IMG/VR virus record: IMGVR_UViG_3300035703_000010
Location: 140,652-204,651 of that record
Strand: one strand, 5' to 3'
Length of the DNA: 64,000 bases
Part shown: piece by piece, positions 46,656 through 55,815 of the stretch
How the letters are laid out: every line of letters begins with the position of its first letter
Position numbering within the stretch: position 1 is the first letter of the stretch
Program-made: the position numbers and the translations under genes
The notes under the pieces: model-generated
Databases searched by the model: none
Seen by the model: only the letters and a program-made list of their open reading frames with translations
What the model was told of the DNA's origin: nothing

Positions 46656-49150
46656 TGAAAGGAACATGATATGGCTGTTTTATTAAGAAAAAAATTTGGC
46701 ATCATAGACTTGTTAAGAGTTGATGCTGTTCCTGATGGAATAACGGCTCCTGTTAATTCATTGGCAACGTTGTCGACTAATGGAAGCATCTATAAAAACG
46801 TAGGAGGGACTTCATGGCAATTAGTGAGTTCTTCAACGTTACTTCTTCCTTCTAATGATGAAGGTGGACAAGAAGGAGGCGGAGGAGCGGGTTCTCAAGG
46901 CGCTCAAGGAGCAAGAGGCGTACAAGGTGCTCAAGGTGCTCAAGGACCAGTCGGAAATGAAGGTTCAAAAGGAACTTCTGGATTAGGTGGGCCAGGAGGT
47001 GATTCTGGTTCCGGAGCGCAAGGTTTACAAGGGCCTCAAGGATTATTAGGACCACAAGGTCGTCCTGGGATGGTCGGCGCGCAAGGACATCAAGGAGTCC
47101 AAGGAGCAAACGGCGATACTACCCAACAAGGGCCGCAAGGAAATCCTGGAATCAAAGGTGCAGATGGTTCAGATAGCATTGGGTCAATTGGCCCGCAAGG
47201 GTTGCCTGGATCGCAAGGACCTCAAGGACAAAGTTATGCTGGTTATGCTGGACATAGAGGCATGTCAGGAGATACTGGTCCTCAGGGATCTTCTAATAAT
47301 TCTCCAGGATTAACTGGACATACTGGATCACCAGGGCTTCCTGGAGATGGTGTACAAGGACCAGCAGGAAGCCCTGGTGATCCAGGGCCTCAAGGCGAAC
47401 CTGGTAATTCTGGATCTAGAGGTCATCAAGGAGCCCAGGGTATTCAAGGAAATGGAATCCAAGGGCAACAAGGAGCTCAAGGGGATAGAGGACCTCAAGG
47501 AACTATAGGGGTCATAGGGTCGCAAGGATCAATCGGCCCACAGGGCATAATAGGATCTCAAGGAGCTCAAGGTCCAATACTTCAAGGCGCTCAAGGTGTT
47601 CAAGGAAACGTTGGAGCTCAAGGTGATGTTGGAAATCAAGGATCAGCAGGATCTTCAGGAGTTCCAAATAGCGGATTGATATTGATAGAAAGCAAGTATG
47701 TTACTGACTCTGCAGCTTCATCTTTAACATTTTCAGATTTAGATGGAGATGTCGAAAAGAGTTACCTTCTAGTGTATAGATTATATGTTGAAGGATCTTC
47801 CTCAACGTTGTTCAATATTGATCTTAGACCTAACGGACAAACGACAGATATTTCAGGCGTTTACAGAACATCATATTCTTCAACGACGACAAACGGAAGT
47901 TTGTCTTCTCCATTGATCACTTCCGTTAGAGGAACTGGGTATGCTTTCGGAACATTTAGAATTTCAGGAAAAACAGGAATTCCTAGGTTCCTTTTTTCAA
48001 ACTATGTAGGTTATTCTCCTGCTCTTTCTGCTTTCTTTTCAGCCGAAAATGCGGTCTACTGGAATGAAACGACAACAAACTTGACTTCTCTAGTCGTTTT
48101 TGGTTCAAGTTCAGGGGTAGAAAGCTCATGTATAGGAGTTGGTAGCGAGTTTCATCTTTACAAATATGAGGTAGCATAATGTCAGTCTTATCTAGAAGAA
48201 GTTTTGGTAACATTGAATTATTAAGAGTTAATTCAAACCCAGATGGATCTGTAAGTTCTACCGTCGGATCTCTAGCAATAGTTGCATCCACTGGAATTAC
48301 TTACAAAAACGTAGGAGGAACTAGCTGGATAGCGACAAACTCTTCTGGTGTCGGAGGGTCAGGTGCACAAGGTGCGCAAGGAGCACAAGGTTTCATCGGA
48401 CTTCCTGGTGACAGAGGGACTCAAGGAGTTCAAGGTGTTCAAGGTGACGTCGGTTCTCAAGGAGCTCAAGGTGATACAGGAAGCGGTGCTCAAGGCGTTC
48501 AAGGAGACATAGGCCCTCAAGGGGCTCAAGGAATTAGTCCAACAGGAGCCCAAGGCGCTAGAGGATATCAAGGAAATGATGGCTCATATTCACCTCCAGA
48601 GAACATGAGAGGACCACAAGGCGTTCAAGGAGCTCAAGGAAGTTCTGGAGTAAGCCAAAGAGGAACTCAAGGTGTGATTGGGCAAACCGGTCCACAAGGC
48701 GATCCATCTGATGGAGAAATTGGCGCGCAGGGAGCTCAAGGGCTTCCTGGATTTCAAGGCGCTCAGGGATTACCTGGAGAATCTTCGAACGTTCAAGGTC
48801 CTCAAGGTTCTCAAGGCGCTCAAGGATATCAAGGATATGCAGATGGTCCAATGGGTGCCCAAGGCACTCAAGGTTCGCAAGGATCTCCTGGTGCAGCTGG
48901 GCCTCAAGGATATCAAGGCTATCAAGGGTTCGGAGGCGTAGTTGGCCCGCAAGGGCACCAGGGAGCATCAGGCCCACAAGGATATCAAGGTGCTCAAGGT
49001 GTACAAGGACTTACTGGACCTGATGGAAATCCAGGATTCCAAGGGTATCAAGGTCCAGAAGGAGTACAAGGTCCTCAAGGATTACAGGGGCATCAAGGAG
49101 CACAAGGCGTCCAAGGAACAATAGGGTTACAAGGAGTACAAGGATCTGGG
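45350..49150 (+). repeat. Three blocks of 9-nt periodic coding repeats (..CAAGG..)
   Basis: Recurrent GCTCAAGG/CCTCAAGG/TTCAAGG from Gly-X-Gln codons at about 45350-46130, 46890-47660 and 48360-49150. Confidence 0.85.
46671..48179 (+). CDS. Collagen-like fibre protein 2
   Basis: Same tripartite architecture. Confidence 0.88.
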   Translation: MAVLLRKKFGIIDLLRVDAVPDGITAPVNSLATLSTNGSIYKNVGGTSWQLVSSSTLLLPSNDEGGQEGGGGAGSQGAQGARGVQGAQGAQGPVGNEGSKGTSGLGGPGGDSGSGAQGLQGPQGLLGPQGRPGMVGAQGHQGVQGANGDTTQQGPQGNPGIKGADGSDSIGSIGPQGLPGSQGPQGQSYAGYAGHRGMSGDTGPQGSSNNSPGLTGHTGSPGLPGDGVQGPAGSPGDPGPQGEPGNSGSRGHQGAQGIQGNGIQGQQGAQGDRGPQGTIGVIGSQGSIGPQGIIGSQGAQGPILQGAQGVQGNVGAQGDVGNQGSAGSSGVPNSGLILIESKYVTDSAASSLTFSDLDGDVEKSYLLVYRLYVEGSSSTLFNIDLRPNGQTTDISGVYRTSYSSTTTNGSLSSPLITSVRGTGYAFGTFRISGKTGIPRFLFSNYVGYSPALSAFFSAENAVYWNETTTNLTSLVVFGSSSGVESSCIGVGSEFHLYKYEVA

Positions 49151-49645
49151 TTTTCTGACCAGGACTTAGTTTTATTAGAAAGCATATACGTTACTGGATC
49201 TGCGGCATCTTCAGTTACGTTTTCTAACTTAGATGGAAACACGGATAGAATGTATCTCATGGTCTACACAATAAAAGTTGGTGGCCCTTCAACGGGAGTC
49301 AACTATGACATTTCGATAAGGCCAAACAATTTAACCACAAATCAAGTTAGCTTCTTTAACGTAGCTTCTTCTGCAGGAATAGGACGTGGTTATTATTCTC
49401 CTATATTATTATCTAGAAACGCAAAAGGTACGACGCTGTTCGGAATGGTCGAAATAGCTGCGCAAACATCAGCGCAAAGAATATTCTCTATTAGATACAC
49501 TGCAACAACAGCAGTTACTGGCACGGCTTTTGGACATTGGAATGAAACTTCTACAAATTTGACTTCATTAGTCATCACGTCGGGTACATCCAGCACTTTA
49601 GACGTTGGTAGCGAATTCCACCTGTACAAGTATGCCACTGCATGA
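48179..49645 (+). CDS. Collagen-like fibre protein 3
   Basis: Same tripartite architecture; start overlaps the previous stop. Confidence 0.88.
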   Translation: MSVLSRRSFGNIELLRVNSNPDGSVSSTVGSLAIVASTGITYKNVGGTSWIATNSSGVGGSGAQGAQGAQGFIGLPGDRGTQGVQGVQGDVGSQGAQGDTGSGAQGVQGDIGPQGAQGISPTGAQGARGYQGNDGSYSPPENMRGPQGVQGAQGSSGVSQRGTQGVIGQTGPQGDPSDGEIGAQGAQGLPGFQGAQGLPGESSNVQGPQGSQGAQGYQGYADGPMGAQGTQGSQGSPGAAGPQGYQGYQGFGGVVGPQGHQGASGPQGYQGAQGVQGLTGPDGNPGFQGYQGPEGVQGPQGLQGHQGAQGVQGTIGLQGVQGSGFSDQDLVLLESIYVTGSAASSVTFSNLDGNTDRMYLMVYTIKVGGPSTGVNYDISIRPNNLTTNQVSFFNVASSAGIGRGYYSPILLSRNAKGTTLFGMVEIAAQTSAQRIFSIRYTATTAVTGTAFGHWNETSTNLTSLVITSGTSSTLDVGSEFHLYKYATA

Positions 49646-49705
49646 TTTTAGAAAAAAATCGATAAAATGTCTTCAGTACAACAATAAACAAATTATTTCA
49701 ATTTT

Positions 49706-50122
49706 ATGAGAGGCATTTCCGAGGTACATGGATATGACTTGATAAAAAGAGTTGCCAACGAAAAGCTCAATGAAAAGAATAATAAGTCAAGAGTTTGGTC
49801 TGAAGAGATGCAAAGTTGGGGGTTTTTTTCTAAAAACCCCAATGAAAATGACGTTTTTTTGATAATCGGATGTTGTAGTCCTGGGGATATGTTTATTCCC
49901 ACGATGGAAAATCCTCATTTGTTTTTATTCAGCGTTCCGGATTGTAATTTTGTAGAAAGCGTAAATCAAAATAATCCTCACATTATCTTGAAATTAACTG
50001 AATTTTTTTCAAATGGATCTCATGTGTATGGTCTTGAAATGTTAGGATCAAATCCACCAAAAGTCGTGCAGCTCTTGGCATATCATAAAACTTTATTTAA
50101 GATCGCTTGGGAGTCTTTGTGA
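49706..50122 (+). CDS. Hypothetical protein
   Basis: 138 aa ORF. Confidence 0.5.
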   Translation: MRGISEVHGYDLIKRVANEKLNEKNNKSRVWSEEMQSWGFFSKNPNENDVFLIIGCCSPGDMFIPTMENPHLFLFSVPDCNFVESVNQNNPHIILKLTEFFSNGSHVYGLEMLGSNPPKVVQLLAYHKTLFKIAWESL

Positions 50123-50137
50123 GAAATAATTACCCCT

Positions 50138-50410
50138 ATGGATGAAGCTTTGCATCCTGGTCTTCGTTTTTGTGTTGGAGACATCGTCATTCCGTCTAAA
50201 CGATCTTATCCAATTTTGCTTAGATCAGGGCCATACGAAAAAATTTCTAATTGGGAATCATGTCCATCATGGGTTTATGGTACGACTGCTGTCATTGTCG
50301 ATATAAAAATTGATATGCAAAGCATAGGAGAAGTCATGGTAAAGATCATGACTCCTACAGCGACGGGGTGGACTGATTGGTGGAATTTGTCTCACTGCTT
50401 AGACATGTGA
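50138..50410 (+). CDS. Small SH3-like hypothetical protein
   Basis: FCVGDIVI..AVIV..VKIMT..GW; ATAATTA 5 nt upstream. Confidence 0.55.
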   Translation: MDEALHPGLRFCVGDIVIPSKRSYPILLRSGPYEKISNWESCPSWVYGTTAVIVDIKIDMQSIGEVMVKIMTPTATGWTDWWNLSHCLDM

Positions 50411-50787
50411 ATTCTTCTTGCTTTAATTTCTTCGGTTAAAAACTTACGATGATCAGGGTTTTTTAAGAAGTTTTTTGCATCATCTTTTACTTTAGGATTG
50501 TAACATCTCCAAGAGTCTCCATGTCCTATTTCTAAATGACACTCATTTTTTCCCATGCATAAAGTTATTAAATTATCTTCTTCAAGTTCTAAACTTTCAT
50601 CTACATGAAATGGAATTATATGATGAACTTGTAGTTTTTCTGTTCCTCCGCATGCAGCACAATTTGGGTGTAATAACAGGAAATTGTCTCTTACTTCTGC
50701 CCATTCAGAAGATCTTTGTTTTTCTTTCTTCTTTTCTCTGATTCTTGAAGAGAAAACTCTAAAATTATGTTTTAATTTTAAAAACAT
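50392..50787 (-). CDS. HNH endonuclease
   Basis: CAACG..LQVHHIIP..NLITLC..CH..IGH. Confidence 0.88.
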   Translation of the reverse strand: MFLKLKHNFRVFSSRIREKKKEKQRSSEWAEVRDNFLLLHPNCAACGGTEKLQVHHIIPFHVDESLELEEDNLITLCMGKNECHLEIGHGDSWRCYNPKVKDDAKNFLKNPDHRKFLTEEIKARRIHMSKQ

Positions 50788-50793
50788 AACTCT

Positions 50794-51108
50794 TTATCTT
50801 CTATGGTCTGCTTTGGGCGTGACATGCCAATTTGTTGTATAGGGATCTATAAAGACCCCTGGTTCTTCTGCAGTCGGAGGAACTGGACCATAGCAATCTT
50901 CCATGTCGGCTTCTGGTTCCATTAAGTGAGCAGATATTTCATCTTCTTCTTTTTTTCTTTTTTTTCCTAAATAAGGAATTTCATCTCTTTGAGCAAGATG
51001 AGTTGACATTACGTTTGATACATGGGGACCATCTATATTACTAGCATATGCTTCTTTTAAGAAGCATCTTATGTAATGTCGTAAGACTGATTCACTTAAT
51101 TTTTTCAT
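50794..51108 (-). CDS. Small hypothetical protein with leader motif
   Basis: MKKLSESVLRHYIRCFLKEA. Confidence 0.55.
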   Translation of the reverse strand: MKKLSESVLRHYIRCFLKEAYASNIDGPHVSNVMSTHLAQRDEIPYLGKKRKKEEDEISAHLMEPEADMEDCYGPVPPTAEEPGVFIDPYTTNWHVTPKADHRR

Positions 51109-51113
51109 CAAGA

Positions 51114-51248
51114 TTAACTATTGCAGTTATTCATCTTTTTATGTTGTTTTGACTCTGCGATTTTTGAAACGCAAACATTGACTGAAGTTATCGCATACAT
51201 CAATAAAATCATAAACATGTAAGGATGATGTTCGATCCATGCATTCAT
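51114..51248 (-). CDS. Small membrane protein (44 aa, not in the ORF track)
   Basis: MNAWIEHHPYMFMILLMYAITSVNVCV..; fills the gap after infA. Confidence 0.45.
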   Translation of the reverse strand: MNAWIEHHPYMFMILLMYAITSVNVCVSKIAESKQHKKMNNCNS

Positions 51249-51254
51249 GTTTAA

Positions 51255-51473
51255 TTACCTTCTTCTCATGATCCGTCCACGCGTCGTATCATATGGAGAA
51301 ACTTCAATAATAACCTCATCACCAGGAAGTACCATAATGTGGTTTTGCCTCATTTTACCTGATAATGTTGCTAAAACAGTCTGTCCTGTTGTCGTTTTTA
51401 CTTCAAATAATGTTCCTGGTAACGATTCGACGACGTGCCCAATCAATTCCATTCTATCTTCACGATCATTCAT
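51255..51473 (-). CDS. infA: Translation initiation factor IF-1
   Basis: G.VVESLPGTLF.V..LATLSGKMR.N.I.VLPGD.V..EVSPYD.TRGRI..R; 72 aa from ATG 51473. Confidence 0.95.
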   Translation of the reverse strand: MNDREDRMELIGHVVESLPGTLFEVKTTTGQTVLATLSGKMRQNHIMVLPGDEVIIEVSPYDTTRGRIMRRR

Positions 51474-51699
51474 GTCCTGATAACGACCACTCTTTTTCAT
51501 ATTTTGTTTCTTCATTCTCCTTATCAATATCATTTTCATCACCAGAATCTGATCCTAGACCTGGTGGAACACCGTAGTTTATTCCCTTGCTGGGTTTATT
51601 AAGTTTTGCACCATCAGCTGAGATACCAGCAGACCATCTAAGGTTTCTCTCAACTTCTTCCCTTATCATCTTTCTCAGATTTGACATTCTTATTTTCAT
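51466..51699 (-). CDS. Small protein with leader motif
   Basis: MKIRMSNLRKMIREEV. Confidence 0.6.
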   Translation of the reverse strand: MKIRMSNLRKMIREEVERNLRWSAGISADGAKLNKPSKGINYGVPPGLGSDSGDENDIDKENEETKYEKEWSLSGHE

Positions 51700-52051
51700 G
51701 ATTCATACCTATTTCAAGATTCATGAGTTGTAATTCTTTTGAAGAATTTAAAATGTCTTCTGAATCGACTGTAACAATCATGTCATCTAAAATAAATTCT
51801 AAAATAGAACCATTGTTCACTGGATAAACTTCTAGAATATTTTTCTTGCAATTAAAAAATTGATCAGTATTCATTTCCTTTAAACGTCCAGAAGAAGTAA
51901 GAATGATTAATTCTTGGGTTTTAGGATGTATACCGCACGAAACAATTGCGCTGTTTCCATCATCATAAAAAACTTCTAATGTATTCATATATGAAGGAAG
52001 ATCAATTTCGCAATTTCCATGGATAGAATATGAAGGACTATTTTCTGACAT
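51650..52051 (-). CDS. Hypothetical protein
   Basis: 133 aa ORF in operon. Confidence 0.45.
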   Translation of the reverse strand: MSENSPSYSIHGNCEIDLPSYMNTLEVFYDDGNSAIVSCGIHPKTQELIILTSSGRLKEMNTDQFFNCKKNILEVYPVNNGSILEFILDDMIVTVDSEDILNSSKELQLMNLEIGMNHENKNVKSEKDDKGRS

Positions 52052-52275
52052 TAAACTACCTTTGATAACTCGCTTGAAAGAAAAGGACCTTCTATTAAAT
52101 CTTCAAAAAGAACATAATGATTCCAACAATAACTTTCAGAAACATTTTCTACATGTTTACTAGGATAATTGTTTGATGGTTTCGAAGACACAACAATACC
52201 ACATTTAGGTTTAAAGATATGATATACTAAGTCTCCGTTGTTTATTTTGCTTAACAAATTATACCTTAGAATCAT
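52051..52275 (-). CDS. Small hypothetical protein
   Basis: NGDLVYH..GIVV; coupled. Confidence 0.45.
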   Translation of the reverse strand: MILRYNLLSKINNGDLVYHIFKPKCGIVVSSKPSNNYPSKHVENVSESYCWNHYVLFEDLIEGPFLSSELSKVV

Positions 52276-53869
52276 TTAAAACTACGGCGTCTAAAGTCAT
52301 GAAAAGTTTTGCTACAGAAGTTGAATTTTTCAATGCTGTCTTAGTCACTTTTGCTGGATCAATAATTCCTGCTGAAATTAAATTGATAAACTTTCCTGTA
52401 GATGCATCATATCCTAGTCTTTGTTCTTTGTTTCTTGCCATTTCTTCTTCAACGACGTCAGCAGACTTATCTGAATTTTCAACAATTCTTCTTAAAGGCG
52501 CCTTACAAGCCTTAAGAACAACTTCTATACCAGCAAGAATATCTCTATCATAATCATTCTGCAATAGAACTGTCTTTGCTTCTTCTGCTGCGTAAAAAAG
52601 AGCTGAACCGCCGCCTGGAACAATTCCATCTTCAGCTGCTGCTCTTGTTGCATGTAAAGCATCTTCAATTCGATACTTTCTTTCAATCATTTCAATTTCT
52701 GTTGCACCACCGACCTTAATGATAGCAACACCAGAAGCTAATCTCGCAATTCTCATTTTTAAAATTGAAAGTTCTTCTTGGCTTAGCGTAATATCAGCCG
52801 ATCTGTTTCTTAGATCTTCTACATAAGAACTTACGTTTTCTTGAGTTGATTCGACACCAACAATAGTCGTTGATTTTGCATCAACGATAACTTTTTTCAT
52901 TTTGCCGAGTTCATTTAATGTCGTTTTTTCAAGAGAAGTTCCGTTTGTGCTCGAAATTAAAGTTGCTCCAGTTAGGACGCAAATGTCATTCAAGTAATCT
53001 GTTTTTGATGGACCGAATCCAGGAGCTTTGATTGCAATCACTTGAAGCTGAGTTTTTACTCTATTCAAAACCAATCCTTGTAGAGCTTCTCCTTCTACAT
53101 CATCAGCGATGATTAATAGAGGTTTTCTTGCTTCTAAAGTTCTTTCTAGAACTGGAAGGATGTCTTTAATCGTCGAGATTTTCTTGTCAGTAACTAGAAC
53201 ATATGCATCGTTATAACATGCATGCATTTTTTCATTATTTGTTACGAAATAAGGCGATAGATACCCTCTATCAAATTGCATGCCGTCGACGACATCAAGA
53301 GCAGTTGTCGTTCCTTTTGCGTCCTCTACAGTAATGATTCCGTCTCTTCCAACCTTTTCCATTGCCGAAGCGAGGATTTCTCCTATTTTTTCATCACCGT
53401 TTGCACTGATCGTGCCAATTTGTTTAATTTTTTCTGATGATTCTACTGGAGTTGACATTACTGACAAAAAGCTAGTTATCGTTTTAGTAGCTATGTCTAA
53501 TCCTTCGCATAACTTTTTAGAGTTATACCCAGCATCTAGAAGTTTCATTCCTTCTTTTACTAACGCGTGAGTAAGAACAGTAGAAGTAGTTGTACCATCG
53601 CCAGCAACATCATTGGTTTGAGAAGCTGCTTCTCTAAGTAGCTGAGCTCCCATCATTTCAAGAGGATCTGATAGTTTTACTGATTTGCTTACAGTAACTC
53701 CATCTTTAGTGACGATAGGAGAATTATTGCCGTTTTGGATTAGAACAGTCTTTCCGTTGGGTCCTAGCGTGCAGCTTACTGCTTCTGCAGCTAATCTCAA
53801 TCCATTATAAAGCTTTTTTCTTGCGTCTTTAGAAAAGACAATTCCTTCTACTTTAGTTTCAACATTCAT
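52259..53869 (-). CDS. groEL: Chaperonin GroEL (group I)
   Basis: TLGPNG, VTKDGVTV, AGDGTTTST, GMQFDRGYLSPYF, KVGGATE, VPGGG, GIIDPAKV; no GGM tail; start moved to ATG 53869. Confidence 0.97.
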   Translation of the reverse strand: MNVETKVEGIVFSKDARKKLYNGLRLAAEAVSCTLGPNGKTVLIQNGNNSPIVTKDGVTVSKSVKLSDPLEMMGAQLLREAASQTNDVAGDGTTTSTVLTHALVKEGMKLLDAGYNSKKLCEGLDIATKTITSFLSVMSTPVESSEKIKQIGTISANGDEKIGEILASAMEKVGRDGIITVEDAKGTTTALDVVDGMQFDRGYLSPYFVTNNEKMHACYNDAYVLVTDKKISTIKDILPVLERTLEARKPLLIIADDVEGEALQGLVLNRVKTQLQVIAIKAPGFGPSKTDYLNDICVLTGATLISSTNGTSLEKTTLNELGKMKKVIVDAKSTTIVGVESTQENVSSYVEDLRNRSADITLSQEELSILKMRIARLASGVAIIKVGGATEIEMIERKYRIEDALHATRAAAEDGIVPGGGSALFYAAEEAKTVLLQNDYDRDILAGIEVVLKACKAPLRRIVENSDKSADVVEEEMARNKEQRLGYDASTGKFINLISAGIIDPAKVTKTALKNSTSVAKLFMTLDAVVLNDSKV

Positions 53870-53911
53870 ATAATGTGATAATAGTAAGGTCTTTATCAAT
53901 CTTGTACACGG

Positions 53912-54235
53912 TTATGCTTTAGTTACTTGAATATAAACCGGTTGACCTCTTCTCCATGCCAGTGCGACATCACCTTTCATATAGTCATGTAATAAAGCGT
54001 AAAGAACCATCTTTTGTTGAGCATCATCAATAGTGTCGATATAGCGCTCAAGCTTTTTTTGTGAATAATCAATTAAATTCTTTCTTTTTCCAGAAAGAAT
54101 TGTCTGCTGACTAACATGCAAAGTAAACTCAGTGCATGAACCAAGTTTTGTATTTTGACCTTTAATGCCGTTAGTTCTCATTTTAAGCTTATTATCTACT
54201 GAAGCTTGTTCATAAGTAGTATTCGTTCCAAACAT
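53912..54235 (-). CDS. Hypothetical protein
   Basis: 107 aa, with SD GGAG and an upstream promoter. Confidence 0.55.
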   Translation of the reverse strand: MFGTNTTYEQASVDNKLKMRTNGIKGQNTKLGSCTEFTLHVSQQTILSGKRKNLIDYSQKKLERYIDTIDDAQQKMVLYALLHDYMKGDVALAWRRGQPVYIQVTKA

Positions 54236-54267
54236 TTATATTAAATCTCCATCCTCTATAGAAGATG

Positions 54268-54296
54268 ATTATAAACTAAATCAATGTTAGTAACAA
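54268..54296 (-). promoter_or_regulatory. Sigma70-like promoter driving the 53912/groEL unit
   Basis: TTGTTA-N17-TATAAT on the minus strand. Confidence 0.65.
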
Positions 54297-54316
54297 TTAC
54301 ACTAAATAAAAAATAT

Positions 54317-55210
54317 TTATTTTTTATCATATTTTCGTGACATTTTATATGCTTTTTCCTTTGGAATGCCACCAGAAACATATACTCTCATCTTATAATC
54401 AGCAGAATCTACATCACCATCTTTATCGATATCTAATTCATCATTATGCTTACTGTCTGATAATTCTTTTTCTTCTTCAACAATTTCTTTGATCATCTTT
54501 CTAAGATCACTAATGCTTATTGATTCTAAAAACTTTGGAGTTTGTTTCGAATACATGGGAACTTGAAGTTCAGGAGCAATCTCAGTTTGTTTTCCATATC
54601 CTGCAATATATTTTGAAGGCTGTTCAATTTCTTGTTGATATAACCCGTTTATAGTATCACGAATAAACTTTTTTAATTTTAACTCGTGTCCACCGCTCGT
54701 GCCTTCACCACGTCCAGGATCGACTGACATATGCCATTGAACAACTTTTTCTTCGATGTATCTTCTGAACTCAGGATCTAATTTTAATGGTGAATCTTTT
54801 TTAAGATTGTCATCACGAACAAGCATGTTTTCGAGAGTATCATACAATAAGTCATCGTCATATCCACCGGGGATTGAAAAAACATGCTTTTCTAATTCAT
54901 CTTTTGACAAAAAAAACTTTGCATCTTTTTTTGTTGGAGCAGCAAGAAATGCAGCTTCTTTACCTTCGGGGCTCATTAAAGTTGTAATAGCTTCTCTAAT
55001 TAACTGGCGTAATTCTGATAAACGAATTTGCATGGTTGAATTTCTTTCTACACTTTCTGCTTCTATTGCCGCGATTTGCCCTCTAGCTTTTTTGCGAGAC
55101 GTATGACAAGCTCTGTGCTTTTTCCCCTTTTTATCAGTATAAGATAGAACGTGGGTTCCTCTTTTTCCTGAAGACTGCTTACATTTCTGTTTTCTTATCT
55201 TATAAGGCAT
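54317..55210 (-). CDS. Multi-module hypothetical protein with two internal leader motifs and an EF-hand-like loop
   Basis: Basic N-domain; MQIRLSELRQLIREA (55033); ISISDLRKMIKEI; DIDKDGDVDSAD. Confidence 0.6.
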   Translation of the reverse strand: MPYKIRKQKCKQSSGKRGTHVLSYTDKKGKKHRACHTSRKKARGQIAAIEAESVERNSTMQIRLSELRQLIREAITTLMSPEGKEAAFLAAPTKKDAKFFLSKDELEKHVFSIPGGYDDDLLYDTLENMLVRDDNLKKDSPLKLDPEFRRYIEEKVVQWHMSVDPGRGEGTSGGHELKLKKFIRDTINGLYQQEIEQPSKYIAGYGKQTEIAPELQVPMYSKQTPKFLESISISDLRKMIKEIVEEEKELSDSKHNDELDIDKDGDVDSADYKMRVYVSGGIPKEKAYKMSRKYDKK

Positions 55211-55217
55211 AGGGTAA

Positions 55218-55433
55218 TTATTTCTTGCTAGTCGATAGACCCATATCTTTTGCCCACTTTTTTATTTTCTTTTTTATATCGTCTGGAACGTAAACGCTTC
55301 CAGCATTAAAAGCAGAATCATCTAATAGTTCTTCATCATATTGTTCTTCAGGATGTGAACCACCCCTAGATTTATGCGCAGTTACAAACTCTCTTATTAA
55401 TTTTCTTAACATAAGCTCTTCTTTTAAATTCAT
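55218..55433 (-). CDS. Small protein with leader motif
   Basis: MNLKEELMLRKLIREFV; SVYVPDDIK..I.KW..DMGL. Confidence 0.6.
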   Translation of the reverse strand: MNLKEELMLRKLIREFVTAHKSRGGSHPEEQYDEELLDDSAFNAGSVYVPDDIKKKIKKWAKDMGLSTSKK

Positions 55434-55462
55434 GTGGATACTTATGTTTGAGGTGCGGACAA

Positions 55463-55780
55463 ATGAAAAAACATCGCATCATTATAGGGTTTTTGATTCT
55501 TAGCACTGGAATGTCTTGCGCAGAAGAAACAGCAATGGATGAAAACCCTGCATCTTCTTCATCAGGAATGGAGGGGTATGGTCCATATCCGAATGTTATC
55601 AATTATGATAAACACGAAGATGAAAAACAAGAACCTTGGGTATGTGGATATGAATTGATTGAATCAATTGGGCCACAGGGAGAAATATTTTTAATAGAAG
55701 TTCAGGTTCCGTGCGATCCTTCGGCTGACGTATACAAGGGATGTCCACAACCCGACATAAAAAACAAGAAAGCCCCGTAA
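55463..55780 (+). CDS. Putative lipoprotein
   Basis: MKKHRIIIGFLILSTGMS-C; SD GAGGTG. Confidence 0.55.
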   Translation: MKKHRIIIGFLILSTGMSCAEETAMDENPASSSSGMEGYGPYPNVINYDKHEDEKQEPWVCGYELIESIGPQGEIFLIEVQVPCDPSADVYKGCPQPDIKNKKAP

Positions 55781-55795
55781 CTACGGGGCTTTCTT
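55766..55795. terminator. Bidirectional terminator between convergent genes
   Basis: AAGAAAGCCCCGTA-AC-TACGGGGCTTTCTT 14-bp inverted repeat. Confidence 0.85.
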
Positions 55796-55815
55796 TACTG
55801 ATTATAAAGATCTAA

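Noticed and set aside
45350-49150. Regular short repeats resembling a CRISPR array or satellite
   Set aside because: The 9-nt periodicity is the codon signature of Gly-X-Gln collagen inside long ORFs; there are no constant-length repeats with unique spacers and no cas genes
43938-49645. Diversity-generating retroelement acting on the fibre tips
   Set aside because: No reverse transcriptase in the window and no near-identical template/variable repeat pair differing only at adenines; the tips differ at all base types
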